IMG/VR virus record: IMGVR_UViG_3300022833_000412
Location: 1-61,215 of that record
Length of the DNA stretch: 61,215 nucleotides
From: a virus
Taxonomy: Duplodnaviria > Caudoviricetes
Strand: one strand, 5' to 3'
The position numbers and the translations under genes are program-made. Below are positions 1-9,092 of this stretch, piece by piece. Position 1 is the stretch's first letter; every line of letters starts with the position of its first letter. The notes beneath the pieces are model-generated. The model was not told where the DNA came from. It saw only the letters and a program-made list of their open reading frames with translations, and made no database searches.

Positions 1-1
1 C

Positions 2-1996
2 CCTACAGGAGTACAGCTAAACCGAAGTTTTGATGTAACTCCAACAACAGACGGTGCTGGATCCGGACTAGAATTACAGTACTATCCCCACCTCGACTTT
101 ACAGTAGGTCCTCCATACCACGGATACCAGTTAAATGTAACAAACCCAGGTACCGGATACCTAGCAGGCGATACAGTAACAATACCAGGGGTACAGTTGG
201 GATTAAAACCTCAAGGTAGGTTAATAACCGGAGAAAACAATTTAAGCCAGAGTATAACCGACGCCTCCTCCGTAGACGGAGTAAGAAACCTCAACACTAC
301 TGGAGGAAGTAGTTTAAGAGGATGGACATTTGCAACCGGGTCTTTTGGGACCGGACAAGTTAACTACGTTATAACATCAACAGGCACCTATACCGCTACA
401 GTTAGTACCTTAGAGATGGGAACACCTGCTGGAGGTAAGACAACTCACGATAATAACTTCGACATAGGAGAAAAATACGCTGTAGCATTCTACGCCGGTG
501 GAAGGTGGCGCTACATAACCTGGACCTTAACAGCAGATAACTTTGAAGCACATACTCCATTAGTAATAACATTACAGAGTAAAGATATAGCAGTACAGAC
601 CGGAGATATAGCTTTCGAACTAGCTACTCTATCTAGAGGAGAGTTAATGAACAGTAATAGTACCGGTACAGATATACTGGAGAAAGGTACTAAAGATAAC
701 GTAAGATGGGAAATCTCAGAAGTAGATACAACATCCGGAGAATTCACACTCCTAATACGTAGAGGAGATGATAAAGCATCAGATAAAGTAGTACTGGAAA
801 CATTTACTAACCTATCCTTAGACCCTAAATCACCAAACTACATAAGTAGGAAAATCGGAGACCAGGTTCAAACCATAACAACCGAAGGGACAGATACATA
901 TCTAGAAACCGTAGGACAGTATCCAAATAAATCTAAACACGTAAGAGTAAAGTCTGTAGCTTACAAAACACCAAGCTACTTAAACAACGACGGAACACCC
1001 AACACAACCTTCCAAACATACATACCAGTAGTGCAGAGCGGATCTTTTGCAGGTGCAAACGGAGCAGAAACACCAAACGGGAACGCAACATTCTATAAAG
1101 ATATAGTAGAAGATAGTGTATACACCTCTCAAGGAGTACCGGCAGCAAGCTACGCTTCTGCTATAGCTCTATTAGCTAATAAAGACGAATACAGGTACAA
1201 TGTAATATCAGTACCGGGCCTAACTTACGACAACTCCAATCACACCTCAACTCTTAACACCTTAATAGACAATACACAAAATAGAGGAGATGCAATAGCT
1301 GTAGTAGACGTAGTAAACTATGGATCCACAGTATCAAACGTAAAAGCAAAAGCAACAGCTTTAGATTCTTCCTATGCAGCTACCTACTGGCCATGGCTAA
1401 CAGTACAAGACCCAAGTACTGGACTGCAGATAGAAGTACCTCCATCAACATTAATACCCGGAGTATACACCTACACAGACAAGGTAGCAGCTCCTTGGTT
1501 CGCACCAGCTGGAACTAAGAGAGGGCTTTTAGGTAATGGCGCAGTAGGAGAAAGAAAATTAGCTCAAACTACAAGAGACGAACTCTATACAAGTAAAGTA
1601 AATCCAATCACCTCTGTTAGTAAGCTAGGAACCGTAGTGTACGGACAAAAGACATTACAAACAAAAGCAAGTGCTTTAGGTAGAGTTAATGTTAGAAGAC
1701 TTTTAATTACAATGAAGTCTTACATCTCTCAAGTATCTCAAAACCTAGTATTCGAACAGAATTCAACTTCTACTAGAAACAATTTCTTAGCACAAGTTAA
1801 CCCGTATCTAGAAAGTATCCAACAGAAGCAAGGTCTTTATGCTTACAAGATAATAATGGACGATACTAATAATACTGCAGACGTAATTGATAGAAATATA
1901 CTAATAGGTCAGATCTATGTACAACCAACAAGAACAGCAGAATACGTCTACTTAGACTTCAATATAACACCTACTGGAGTAGCTTTTCCGGATTAA
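2..1996 (+). CDS. Tail sheath protein, 5'-truncated by the window edge
   Basis: The frame is open from position 2, so TTG 197 is not the true start. The C-terminus has sheath motifs (YAATYWPW, PWFAPAG, VVYGQKTL, RVNVRRLL, FEQN). It is followed by the tail tube gene. Confidence 0.95.
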   Translation, partial: PTGVQLNRSFDVTPTTDGAGSGLELQYYPHLDFTVGPPYHGYQLNVTNPGTGYLAGDTVTIPGVQLGLKPQGRLITGENNLSQSITDASSVDGVRNLNTTGGSSLRGWTFATGSFGTGQVNYVITSTGTYTATVSTLEMGTPAGGKTTHDNNFDIGEKYAVAFYAGGRWRYITWTLTADNFEAHTPLVITLQSKDIAVQTGDIAFELATLSRGELMNSNSTGTDILEKGTKDNVRWEISEVDTTSGEFTLLIRRGDDKASDKVVLETFTNLSLDPKSPNYISRKIGDQVQTITTEGTDTYLETVGQYPNKSKHVRVKSVAYKTPSYLNNDGTPNTTFQTYIPVVQSGSFAGANGAETPNGNATFYKDIVEDSVYTSQGVPAASYASAIALLANKDEYRYNVISVPGLTYDNSNHTSTLNTLIDNTQNRGDAIAVVDVVNYGSTVSNVKAKATALDSSYAATYWPWLTVQDPSTGLQIEVPPSTLIPGVYTYTDKVAAPWFAPAGTKRGLLGNGAVGERKLAQTTRDELYTSKVNPITSVSKLGTVVYGQKTLQTKASALGRVNVRRLLITMKSYISQVSQNLVFEQNSTSTRNNFLAQVNPYLESIQQKQGLYAYKIIMDDTNNTADVIDRNILIGQIYVQPTRTAEYVYLDFNITPTGVAFPD

Positions 1997-2022
1997 GACA
2001 CTAATTAAAAGTTAAATCCGAC

Positions 2023-2030
2023 TATTTATA
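2023..2030 (+). promoter_or_regulatory. Putative late promoter TATTTATA (representative copy)
   Basis: The same octamer sits shortly upstream of start codons at 2023, 2659, 3248, 4280, 6642, 17113, 31773, 38788, 47452, 50037 and 57486, mostly before structural or virion-type genes. Confidence 0.75.
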
Positions 2031-2048
2031 ATCAAATAAGACAACAAC

Positions 2049-2537
2049 ATGGCAATATTAACCCAAGATGAGATTTTCTTCACTCAATTTGAACCTAAAA
2101 CACAGAATAGGTTTATTATGTATATGGACGGTATACCTTCCTACATGATAAAAGGATTAACTGGATTAGGATTCGAACAAGGGGAGATCGTACTTAACCA
2201 TATAAACACCTACAGAAAGGTGAAAGGTAAACTTAGATGGAACGATATTAGCATGACGTTATTTGATCCAATCACGCCGTCCGGAGCTCAAGCAGTAATG
2301 GAATGGACTAGACTACATCACGAATCCGTAACCGGAAGAGATGGTTATTCTGACTTTTATAAGAAAGAAATAGTATTAGACCTAGTAGGACCTGTAGGAG
2401 ATGTAATCTCAGAATGGGTAATAAAAGGAGCATTTATTAAGAGTGCAACATTCGGAGATCTAGATTACGATAATGACTCTGCAGTACAGACCATTGGATT
2501 AACTCTCGGATGTGATAGCTGTATCTTAAACTTCTAA
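2049..2537 (+). CDS. Tail tube protein (T4 gp19-like)
   Basis: 162 aa directly after the sheath. Motifs FEPK..NRF, KGKLRWNDISMTLFDPI, W.IKGAFIKSATFGDLDY. Confidence 0.92.
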   Translation: MAILTQDEIFFTQFEPKTQNRFIMYMDGIPSYMIKGLTGLGFEQGEIVLNHINTYRKVKGKLRWNDISMTLFDPITPSGAQAVMEWTRLHHESVTGRDGYSDFYKKEIVLDLVGPVGDVISEWVIKGAFIKSATFGDLDYDNDSAVQTIGLTLGCDSCILNF

Positions 2538-2592
2538 TAGAACATACAACACCCTAGTTATATACCTAACTAGAATAACATACAACTTAATT

Positions 2593-2621
2593 AAAACACA
2601 GTTTGATACTGTGTTTTTTTT
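2593..2621 (+). terminator. Rho-independent terminator
   Basis: AAAACACAGT-TTGAT-ACTGTGTTTT stem followed by a T run, after the tail tube gene. Confidence 0.8.
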
Positions 2622-2679
2622 ATGTATATTCACTAACTGATTAAAAGCGATAACATTATATTTATAATAAAATAAAACT

Positions 2680-3063
2680 ATGTGCGGATGCGGATGTAAT
2701 ACATGTGAGACAGGAGTAACAGTAACACTAAACAAAAGGTTAATAAATAAAGAGAATTTATCAGAAGGTATGAGGTACCACTTAGACAAAAAGCAACATC
2801 TATCTAATACCCTATATGAAAAAGGTTCGGAAGAGTACTTTAGGTTATTCTACGAAGCCCGTTACCTTTATTCTAGAAGTAAAATAAATCTTTCAGGAGA
2901 AGATTTAAAAATAATACTTGAGACAAACCTAGGACACTACGGATCATTTAAAGGAATACCAGTACCTTTAGATTACCCTAGAAACGGTAGAGTTTATATA
3001 GAAGGTTTAAAAAGTAAACATTTATACCCAAACCTAGAAGTCATCAATCTTCGAGTATTATAA
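2680..3063 (+). CDS. Hypothetical protein (late; N-terminal CxCxCxxC)
   Basis: 127-aa ORF preceded by TATTTATA at 2659. Confidence 0.7.
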   Translation: MCGCGCNTCETGVTVTLNKRLINKENLSEGMRYHLDKKQHLSNTLYEKGSEEYFRLFYEARYLYSRSKINLSGEDLKIILETNLGHYGSFKGIPVPLDYPRNGRVYIEGLKSKHLYPNLEVINLRVL

Positions 3064-3274
3064 CATATACTCAACGCATAGAAACGATAGGTATCTTAGT
3101 GCTGACCCAATATACAGAGGGATAAGGTATCAATGTAAAGCATAGAATTAAAACTTGCTGAAACACTATCAAACTACTACAAGTAAAGTAACACCTGTTA
3201 ACATTACTTTTATAACATCAAAGTTGCAATAAAGTAGAAATCATATATATTTATAATTAAATAAATACACCTAC

Positions 3275-4015
3275 ATGGCAGAATTTAAGTTTCCAACAGA
3301 AGAGATAGACCTCCCCTCAAAAGGATTACTCTATCCACTAGACAATCCCTTATCAAGCGGTAAGGTTGAGATGAAGTATATGACCGCTAAAGAAGAGGAC
3401 ATACTAACTAACCCCAACTACTTAGCTAAAGGAATAGTTATCGACAAATTACTACAGTCCCTAATTATATCAAAAGTAGATTATAATGACCTAATTCAGG
3501 GAGACCAGAATGCAATCATGATCGCAGCACGGATACTAGGGTATGGTAAAGATTACGAAATCAAGCATGATAATGTAACACAGGTAATAGACTTAACAAG
3601 TTTAGAAGATAAAGAATTTAACGAAACACTTATAACCCCTAATGTAAATGAATTCACCTTTACACTACCTCATTCAAAAGTTGAATTAACATTTAAAATA
3701 CTAACCGTAGGTGATAGTAGTAAGATTAAAAGGGAGTTAGAAGGTTTAAAGAAAATCAATAAAAACGATAACCCGGAAATGACTACCCGTCTTAAGCATA
3801 CAATAACTTCTGTTGATGGAGATAGAGAAGCTAAGACAATTAGAACCTTTGTAGATACAGCATTACTTGCAAAAGATGCAAGAGCATTAAGGGGTTATAT
3901 AAGCGATGTACAGCCAGATATAAACCTTATTGTAACAGTAGAAACAAGTAACGGCGAGGAGGACGTTATTCTTCCAATAACTGCCACCTTTTTTTGGCCT
4001 GACTCAACAGTATAG
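3275..4015 (+). CDS. Tail/baseplate-hub assembly chaperone (T4 gp26-like)
   Basis: Motifs IDLPSKG, MTAKEEDIL, GDQNAIMIAARILGYG. Located between tube and tape measure genes. Confidence 0.8.
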   Translation: MAEFKFPTEEIDLPSKGLLYPLDNPLSSGKVEMKYMTAKEEDILTNPNYLAKGIVIDKLLQSLIISKVDYNDLIQGDQNAIMIAARILGYGKDYEIKHDNVTQVIDLTSLEDKEFNETLITPNVNEFTFTLPHSKVELTFKILTVGDSSKIKRELEGLKKINKNDNPEMTTRLKHTITSVDGDREAKTIRTFVDTALLAKDARALRGYISDVQPDINLIVTVETSNGEEDVILPITATFFWPDSTV

Positions 4016-4259
4016 GAAACATATATTCGACCAAATACATCAAATAACCTTCTTCGGCAAAGGAGGGTATTCGTTCACCGAACTCTACGAACTTCCTATA
4101 CATTTAAGAAAGTATATACACAGTTCTATAAAAGAACATTACGATAAGGAGAATAATACAGAAACAAACGCAGAAACTTTAGCATCAGATATAAAATCCG
4201 GTGCAATCCAAATACCGGAGTATGCACGAGGGAGTAAGTTAAAGTATAACGGAGGGTAG
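3990..4259 (+). CDS. Start-less downstream frame of the tail chaperone (probable frameshift extension, G/GT-like)
   Basis: The +1 frame is open 3981-4259 with no ATG/GTG/TTG. It overlaps the U7 run (3989-3995) at the chaperone 3' end and reads FFGLTQQYRKHIFDQIHQITFFGKGGYSFTELYELPIHLRK. It fills the gap before the tape measure gene. Confidence 0.7.
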   Translation, partial: FFGLTQQYRKHIFDQIHQITFFGKGGYSFTELYELPIHLRKYIHSSIKEHYDKENNTETNAETLASDIKSGAIQIPEYARGSKLKYNGG

Positions 4260-4277
4260 TCTAAAACACTACCCTTT
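4253..4277 (+). terminator. Hairpin/terminator
   Basis: AGGGTAGT...ACTACCCT stem followed by TTT, at the end of the frameshift ORF. Confidence 0.5.
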
Positions 4278-4291
4278 ACTATTTATAATAT

Positions 4292-6625
4292 ATGGCTGAC
4301 GATTCAAGTAACATTTCAAAAGAAGCTTTACAGATAGAAGACCAAAGAAGACTTCTACTTAGAGACCAACTCCTTAACCAGCAAGGTATTGTAGAGTCTT
4401 TGAAGGAAGCTTTAGGTATAAAGACTAGGTTAACAGAGTTCGAAGGAGAACAGCTTAAAACCTCACGGGAAATAGCAAAAGCGTTAAGTAATCAAAATAC
4501 ATCCCTAACTTCTTTAGCAGATAAGAATAAACAAATTGAAAAAAATAAAGCTTTAATTGCAAGAACCTCTCTTTCTCAAAGTATACTTGAGAGTAAAAAT
4601 GTAAAGATAGCTATCCAACAAAGTAGTTTACTTAAAGAACAACTTAAAAGATTACAAGAGGAACAGAGTAGGAAGGCTGAAAGCGGAGAGCTAAATGAAA
4701 AAGCGATTCAAGACCAACAGGCTATAGTTCAAGCAACAGAGGATCAGTACAATCTAGGTCTACAAGCACTAACTCTTCAAGAGCAAGCAGAATACTTCCA
4801 GCATGAAGCTATTCAAAACCTTACTGAAGCAACTGCTCAACGAGAGCGAGAACGGGATACGATACTAGAGATAGGAACAGCTATGGGACTTTCGGGTCAA
4901 ATAGCAAAAGGACTGAGTAAAATACCCGGATTCAAGGGACTTGAAGGAAGTGTAGGGATAGTAGAGGAAAAACTACGGCAAATAGCCGATGCAGGTGAAG
5001 AACTTCCTAGTAGTTACAAAACCTTTAGCATGATAGTAAAGCAGACAGGTAAAGACCTAGCTAAAAAACTACTAGACCCTCTTGTATCTGCAGCTTTCGT
5101 AACAACTCAAATAGCAAGTATCTTTAAGAGAATGGATACTTTAACATCCGGGACTGCAAGAAATTTCGGTATAAGTAATGAACAAGCAGGAGAACTTAAC
5201 AAAGAACTAACAGAAACCGCAACAACACAAGAAGGACTCTTCGGAAGTACTACAAACCTAAATGAAGCATTCCAGGTATTAAACAACAGGTACGGAACAT
5301 TTGCAAAGTTCGGAGAAGAGAACCTAAAAACCTTCGTAAGACTTACAAAAGAAGCAGGTATTTCTGGAGATGTAGTAGAATCTCTACAGGATACTACCTA
5401 CTTAACAGGAAAGACGTTAAAAGAACAGACTATTGAATACAAAGGACAGGTAAAGATCTTAAAAGCCACGACAGGGTTAGCTCTAAACGAAAAACAGATC
5501 CTAGAAAGTATAAAAGATGTATCTACAGCAACGAAGATACAACTAGGAGGCTCTGCAGAAGCTATAGCAACCGCAGTCTTTAAAGCAAAAGCATTAGGAG
5601 TAGAGATGAAAGATCTTGAAAACATCAGTAGTTCACTTCTAAACTTCCAATCCTCAATTGAAGACGAATTAGCTGCGGAACTCCTAACAGGTAAGCAGTT
5701 AAACCTAGAAGGTGCAAGGTATGCAGCTCTTATAGGAGATCAAGGAATGCTAGCAGAGGAATTAGCAAGCAACTTCGGTACAGTAGCTGACTTCCAACGT
5801 ATGAACGTAATTGAACAAGGAGCTTTAGCACAAGCTGTAGGATTAACAAGAGACTCCCTCGCTGAATCTTTAATGAAAAGGGAAGCAATGCTCGCCTTAT
5901 CTCAATTCGAAGGTAATACTGAAAAAGAGAAGTATGCAACCGCAGTACAGCAGCTAGGTGTTGATGGAGCAAGACTTCAATTAGGTAACGATGCCCTAGC
6001 TACACAAATGGAATCAGTCTCCTTACAAGATAAAATGGCAGCAGCAGGCGTAAAACTTCAAGAAGCACTTGTACCATTAGCTTCTGGAGTACTACCTGTA
6101 ATAAGTACAATCTTTAAATTCATAGGGGATAATATTAACGGCATAGTAACCGCTCTAAAACTTGTAATCCCATTGATGGTAGCCTATAAAGCAGCAAGTA
6201 TAGCAGCCGCAGTAGCCAACATCGCCGGCGCCGCTGCTCTTTCGGCTGGAGCTGCTGGAATAATAGCAACAGTAGCAGGAGTAGCAGCACTTGCATTCCT
6301 TACTACAATAGGGGACGGAATATTTCCTGCAGAAGGTAAAACAACAATCTCTCCGAAAGAAGGAGGTTTATTTCAAGTTAGTCCTAACGACGACATAATA
6401 GTAGCTCCAGGAATAGCTAAGACTGTTAGAAGTAACTCTAATAACAATAATAGTAACAACTCTCAACAAATAGAGAATAAGGTAAACATCACTCCTTCAA
6501 ATACAAACATAACCTTAACCTTAGACGGACAGTCGATAGGTAATGCAAATGCACGACAATCCTACAGAGTAGGTAGTAATGTAAAAGCATTTGGAGGTAA
6601 TGTAGATATGAGTGCTTACACTTAA
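4292..6625 (+). CDS. Tail tape measure protein
   Basis: 777 aa, helical and Ala/Gln/Glu-rich, with SLLNFQSSIEDELAAELLTGKQLNLE and a hydrophobic Ala-rich C-terminal segment. Follows the chaperone. Confidence 0.85.
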   Translation: MADDSSNISKEALQIEDQRRLLLRDQLLNQQGIVESLKEALGIKTRLTEFEGEQLKTSREIAKALSNQNTSLTSLADKNKQIEKNKALIARTSLSQSILESKNVKIAIQQSSLLKEQLKRLQEEQSRKAESGELNEKAIQDQQAIVQATEDQYNLGLQALTLQEQAEYFQHEAIQNLTEATAQRERERDTILEIGTAMGLSGQIAKGLSKIPGFKGLEGSVGIVEEKLRQIADAGEELPSSYKTFSMIVKQTGKDLAKKLLDPLVSAAFVTTQIASIFKRMDTLTSGTARNFGISNEQAGELNKELTETATTQEGLFGSTTNLNEAFQVLNNRYGTFAKFGEENLKTFVRLTKEAGISGDVVESLQDTTYLTGKTLKEQTIEYKGQVKILKATTGLALNEKQILESIKDVSTATKIQLGGSAEAIATAVFKAKALGVEMKDLENISSSLLNFQSSIEDELAAELLTGKQLNLEGARYAALIGDQGMLAEELASNFGTVADFQRMNVIEQGALAQAVGLTRDSLAESLMKREAMLALSQFEGNTEKEKYATAVQQLGVDGARLQLGNDALATQMESVSLQDKMAAAGVKLQEALVPLASGVLPVISTIFKFIGDNINGIVTALKLVIPLMVAYKAASIAAAVANIAGAAALSAGAAGIIATVAGVAALAFLTTIGDGIFPAEGKTTISPKEGGLFQVSPNDDIIVAPGIAKTVRSNSNNNNSNNSQQIENKVNITPSNTNITLTLDGQSIGNANARQSYRVGSNVKAFGGNVDMSAYT

Positions 6626-6664
6626 AATTAACAAACGTTCATATTTATAATAAATTAAAAAATC

Positions 6665-6952
6665 ATGGGAATACTAGACTTACTAAGAGACAAAGGGTCA
6701 GAACTATCGAAGCATAACGGAGCAACCCCACCAACAAACCCTCTATCTTCAAAATTATCAAAACTACACTCAACAACCGACGGATTAGCGGGATACTCTT
6801 TAAATGGAGCCTTTCAAGGAGAAGTTAACCAAGCATACCACCAGTATGATGATGGGCAGATTAACGCATTACCCCAACCATCTAATTTAGACCTAAACGG
6901 AAAGCAGCCAAAAGGATACAAACACCCTGAGACCGGAGTAACTTACCCTTAA
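6665..6952 (+). CDS. Hypothetical tail-module protein
   Basis: 95-aa ORF after a TATTTATA box, coupled (TAATG) to the next gene. Confidence 0.7.
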   Translation: MGILDLLRDKGSELSKHNGATPPTNPLSSKLSKLHSTTDGLAGYSLNGAFQGEVNQAYHQYDDGQINALPQPSNLDLNGKQPKGYKHPETGVTYP

Positions 6953-8790
6953 TGGCACTAAAAGACCTCTTAACAGATTTAGGGTCGTTTTATGAAAATA
7001 ACCCATTCGCAGCTAAGTATAAAACCAAGGCCGGACCTACCTATGCTCAAAAGTACGGGTTTAACCAAAGAAGTTTAAAGTTTACTAACGATAGACCGGG
7101 TAATGCTAACAGTAGACAACCTTTTATAACCTCAAACATACCTGACGTTAACTCTAACCCTCAAGCAGGTACGGGGTTGATAGGAGGCATACAGAGACAA
7201 GTTGAAAATAGATTACAGGACCTATCAAGAATATCTCAATTCCTAACAACACCTAAGGGACTACTCTTTATAGGAAAACAAGAGATACTCTCAGCTCAAA
7301 ACCCCATAGTGCCGGGGAGACCTAATAGGACAGACCCGACAAAAGGAAGATATAACCCATTATCAACGTTAGTTCAAGTTGCAGCAAGCGGTACCGGGCT
7401 ACATTTAGAAAAACAAGGACTAGTACCTATAGCTCTACAAGATAATCAAGTTAAGTATGAAAAAGTATACTTAAAATTAGATAAGGAAGATAAAGGAAGA
7501 CTCTCCAACCTCTATAGGTATAAAATTGCAAAGGAAGAACTCAAAAAAGCAGATCAAGCTACTTTAAAACTAACTGGTATTTCATTAAACGAGAATTACT
7601 TAATAGAGTACCAAGGAGGGCCGGGTATATCTAAAACCATTATTAGAGCAACAAACCACGGCGTATATAATGGCTCAGGACTAGGTGATTCAATATACAC
7701 TTGGAACCAGAAAGACTTTAATAACGTAATACCGGCATCAAAGAATAACTCTGGACCCACAATACTACCTGATTTTAGGAGTAGTATTGCAGCAACTACT
7801 GTAAATAAGACAGCTGGAATCTTCGGCGAAAATACAGTAGACTACTCCTCTGCTAAAGTAAACAAGATAACCAGAGTAGGTTTAGGAGATCCAGGTAGAA
7901 GAGCTAGAAACAGGAGTAACCTGTATAGAGGTGACTTTGAAAGTGTAGATAAAGTAGCTGCTATGCCCTTATACAAAGGACCTATAGCAGCGGAAGACGG
8001 ATATACAAGAGATTTTATAAGATTTAGATTCGAAGTATTAGATAATGATGAAGATACTAACACTAACATACACTTTAGAGCTTTTTTAGGAGCGATAACA
8101 GATAATTTCGGGGGAGATTGGAACCCCACTAGATTCGTAGGTAGAGCAGATAACCTTTACAGCTATACAGGATTTACCCGAACCATAAGTTTGAGTTTCA
8201 CAGTACATCCTCAAACAAGAGACGAGATGAAGGCAATGTACCAAAAACTCACCTACCTTGCATCAACACTAGCACCTGACTACAGTTCAAACGGCGGTTA
8301 CATGAGAGGTAATATAGTAAGGCTAGTAGTTGGCAGCTACCTTTACAGAATACCAGGTTTTATAACAAGTCTAACCTATACCGTACCTGAAAATGCATCT
8401 TGGGAAATAGCATACAATGAACCGGAAAAAGGAACTGAATCAGACCAACTGGAAGCACCAAGACACTTTGATGTACAGTTAAGCTTCACTCCTATACACG
8501 ACTTCGCACCGCAGTTGATGGATGGGACAAGGAAATACGCTCTCTTCACACCACCGGACCAAGCAAACTCAGGCCAGCCTAACCCCTACCTGCCTACGAA
8601 AGACGGAACGAGTGTCATCTCTGCTGATGCTGACTTAGCAGAGAATGTACTAAATAAAGCACTTAATGCTCCACCTCCTACAGTGAAAAGTAAAGAAGTA
8701 GACTTCGGTTTAGATAATCAAAAAGACCCGGGACTTAATCTAAACGGTGGAAGACAGCCTACGTTTATCAAACCTCTAAATTTAACATAG
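6952..8790 (+). CDS. Baseplate / tube-initiator-like structural protein
   Basis: C-terminal tube-fold-like region (FRAFLGAITDNF..WNP..VGRADNLYSYTGFTRTISLSF; GFITSLTY), directly upstream of the LysM gene. Confidence 0.6.
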   Translation: MALKDLLTDLGSFYENNPFAAKYKTKAGPTYAQKYGFNQRSLKFTNDRPGNANSRQPFITSNIPDVNSNPQAGTGLIGGIQRQVENRLQDLSRISQFLTTPKGLLFIGKQEILSAQNPIVPGRPNRTDPTKGRYNPLSTLVQVAASGTGLHLEKQGLVPIALQDNQVKYEKVYLKLDKEDKGRLSNLYRYKIAKEELKKADQATLKLTGISLNENYLIEYQGGPGISKTIIRATNHGVYNGSGLGDSIYTWNQKDFNNVIPASKNNSGPTILPDFRSSIAATTVNKTAGIFGENTVDYSSAKVNKITRVGLGDPGRRARNRSNLYRGDFESVDKVAAMPLYKGPIAAEDGYTRDFIRFRFEVLDNDEDTNTNIHFRAFLGAITDNFGGDWNPTRFVGRADNLYSYTGFTRTISLSFTVHPQTRDEMKAMYQKLTYLASTLAPDYSSNGGYMRGNIVRLVVGSYLYRIPGFITSLTYTVPENASWEIAYNEPEKGTESDQLEAPRHFDVQLSFTPIHDFAPQLMDGTRKYALFTPPDQANSGQPNPYLPTKDGTSVISADADLAENVLNKALNAPPPTVKSKEVDFGLDNQKDPGLNLNGGRQPTFIKPLNLT

Positions 8791-9092
8791 TGAACAGATA
8801 CACAGATACAGAGACATATAAACAAAAGGAAGGACCGACTTATCAGGGAGTTACCAGGTACCCGGAAATACCGGAGACTGAGAACGATACATACGTGATT
8901 ACAACTTACGGTGATAGGTTAGACTTATTAGCAAACCAATATTATAAAGACTGGAGACTTTACTGGATAATCGCATCAGCTAACCCTAGCTTGCCTTCTA
9001 ACTCATTATACCCTACATTAGGAGTACAGATTCGGATACCAGGTAACCCCGAAGATGTTATAAACAGTTTTAACAATATAAATAATGGCTAA
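8790..9092 (+). CDS. LysM-type baseplate protein (gp53/tail X-like)
   Basis: GDRLDLLANQYYKDWRLYWIIASAN...GVQIRIP. Confidence 0.85.
   Translation: MNRYTDTETYKQKEGPTYQGVTRYPEIPETENDTYVITTYGDRLDLLANQYYKDWRLYWIIASANPSLPSNSLYPTLGVQIRIPGNPEDVINSFNNINNG

Noticed and set aside
3064-3220. Possible ncRNA in the gap before the tail chaperone
   Set aside because: No convincing stems, repeats or ORF were found by eye.
6430-6470. AAT/AAC-rich repeat in the tape measure gene
   Set aside because: An in-frame low-complexity Asn/Ser linker with no evidence of a separate function.
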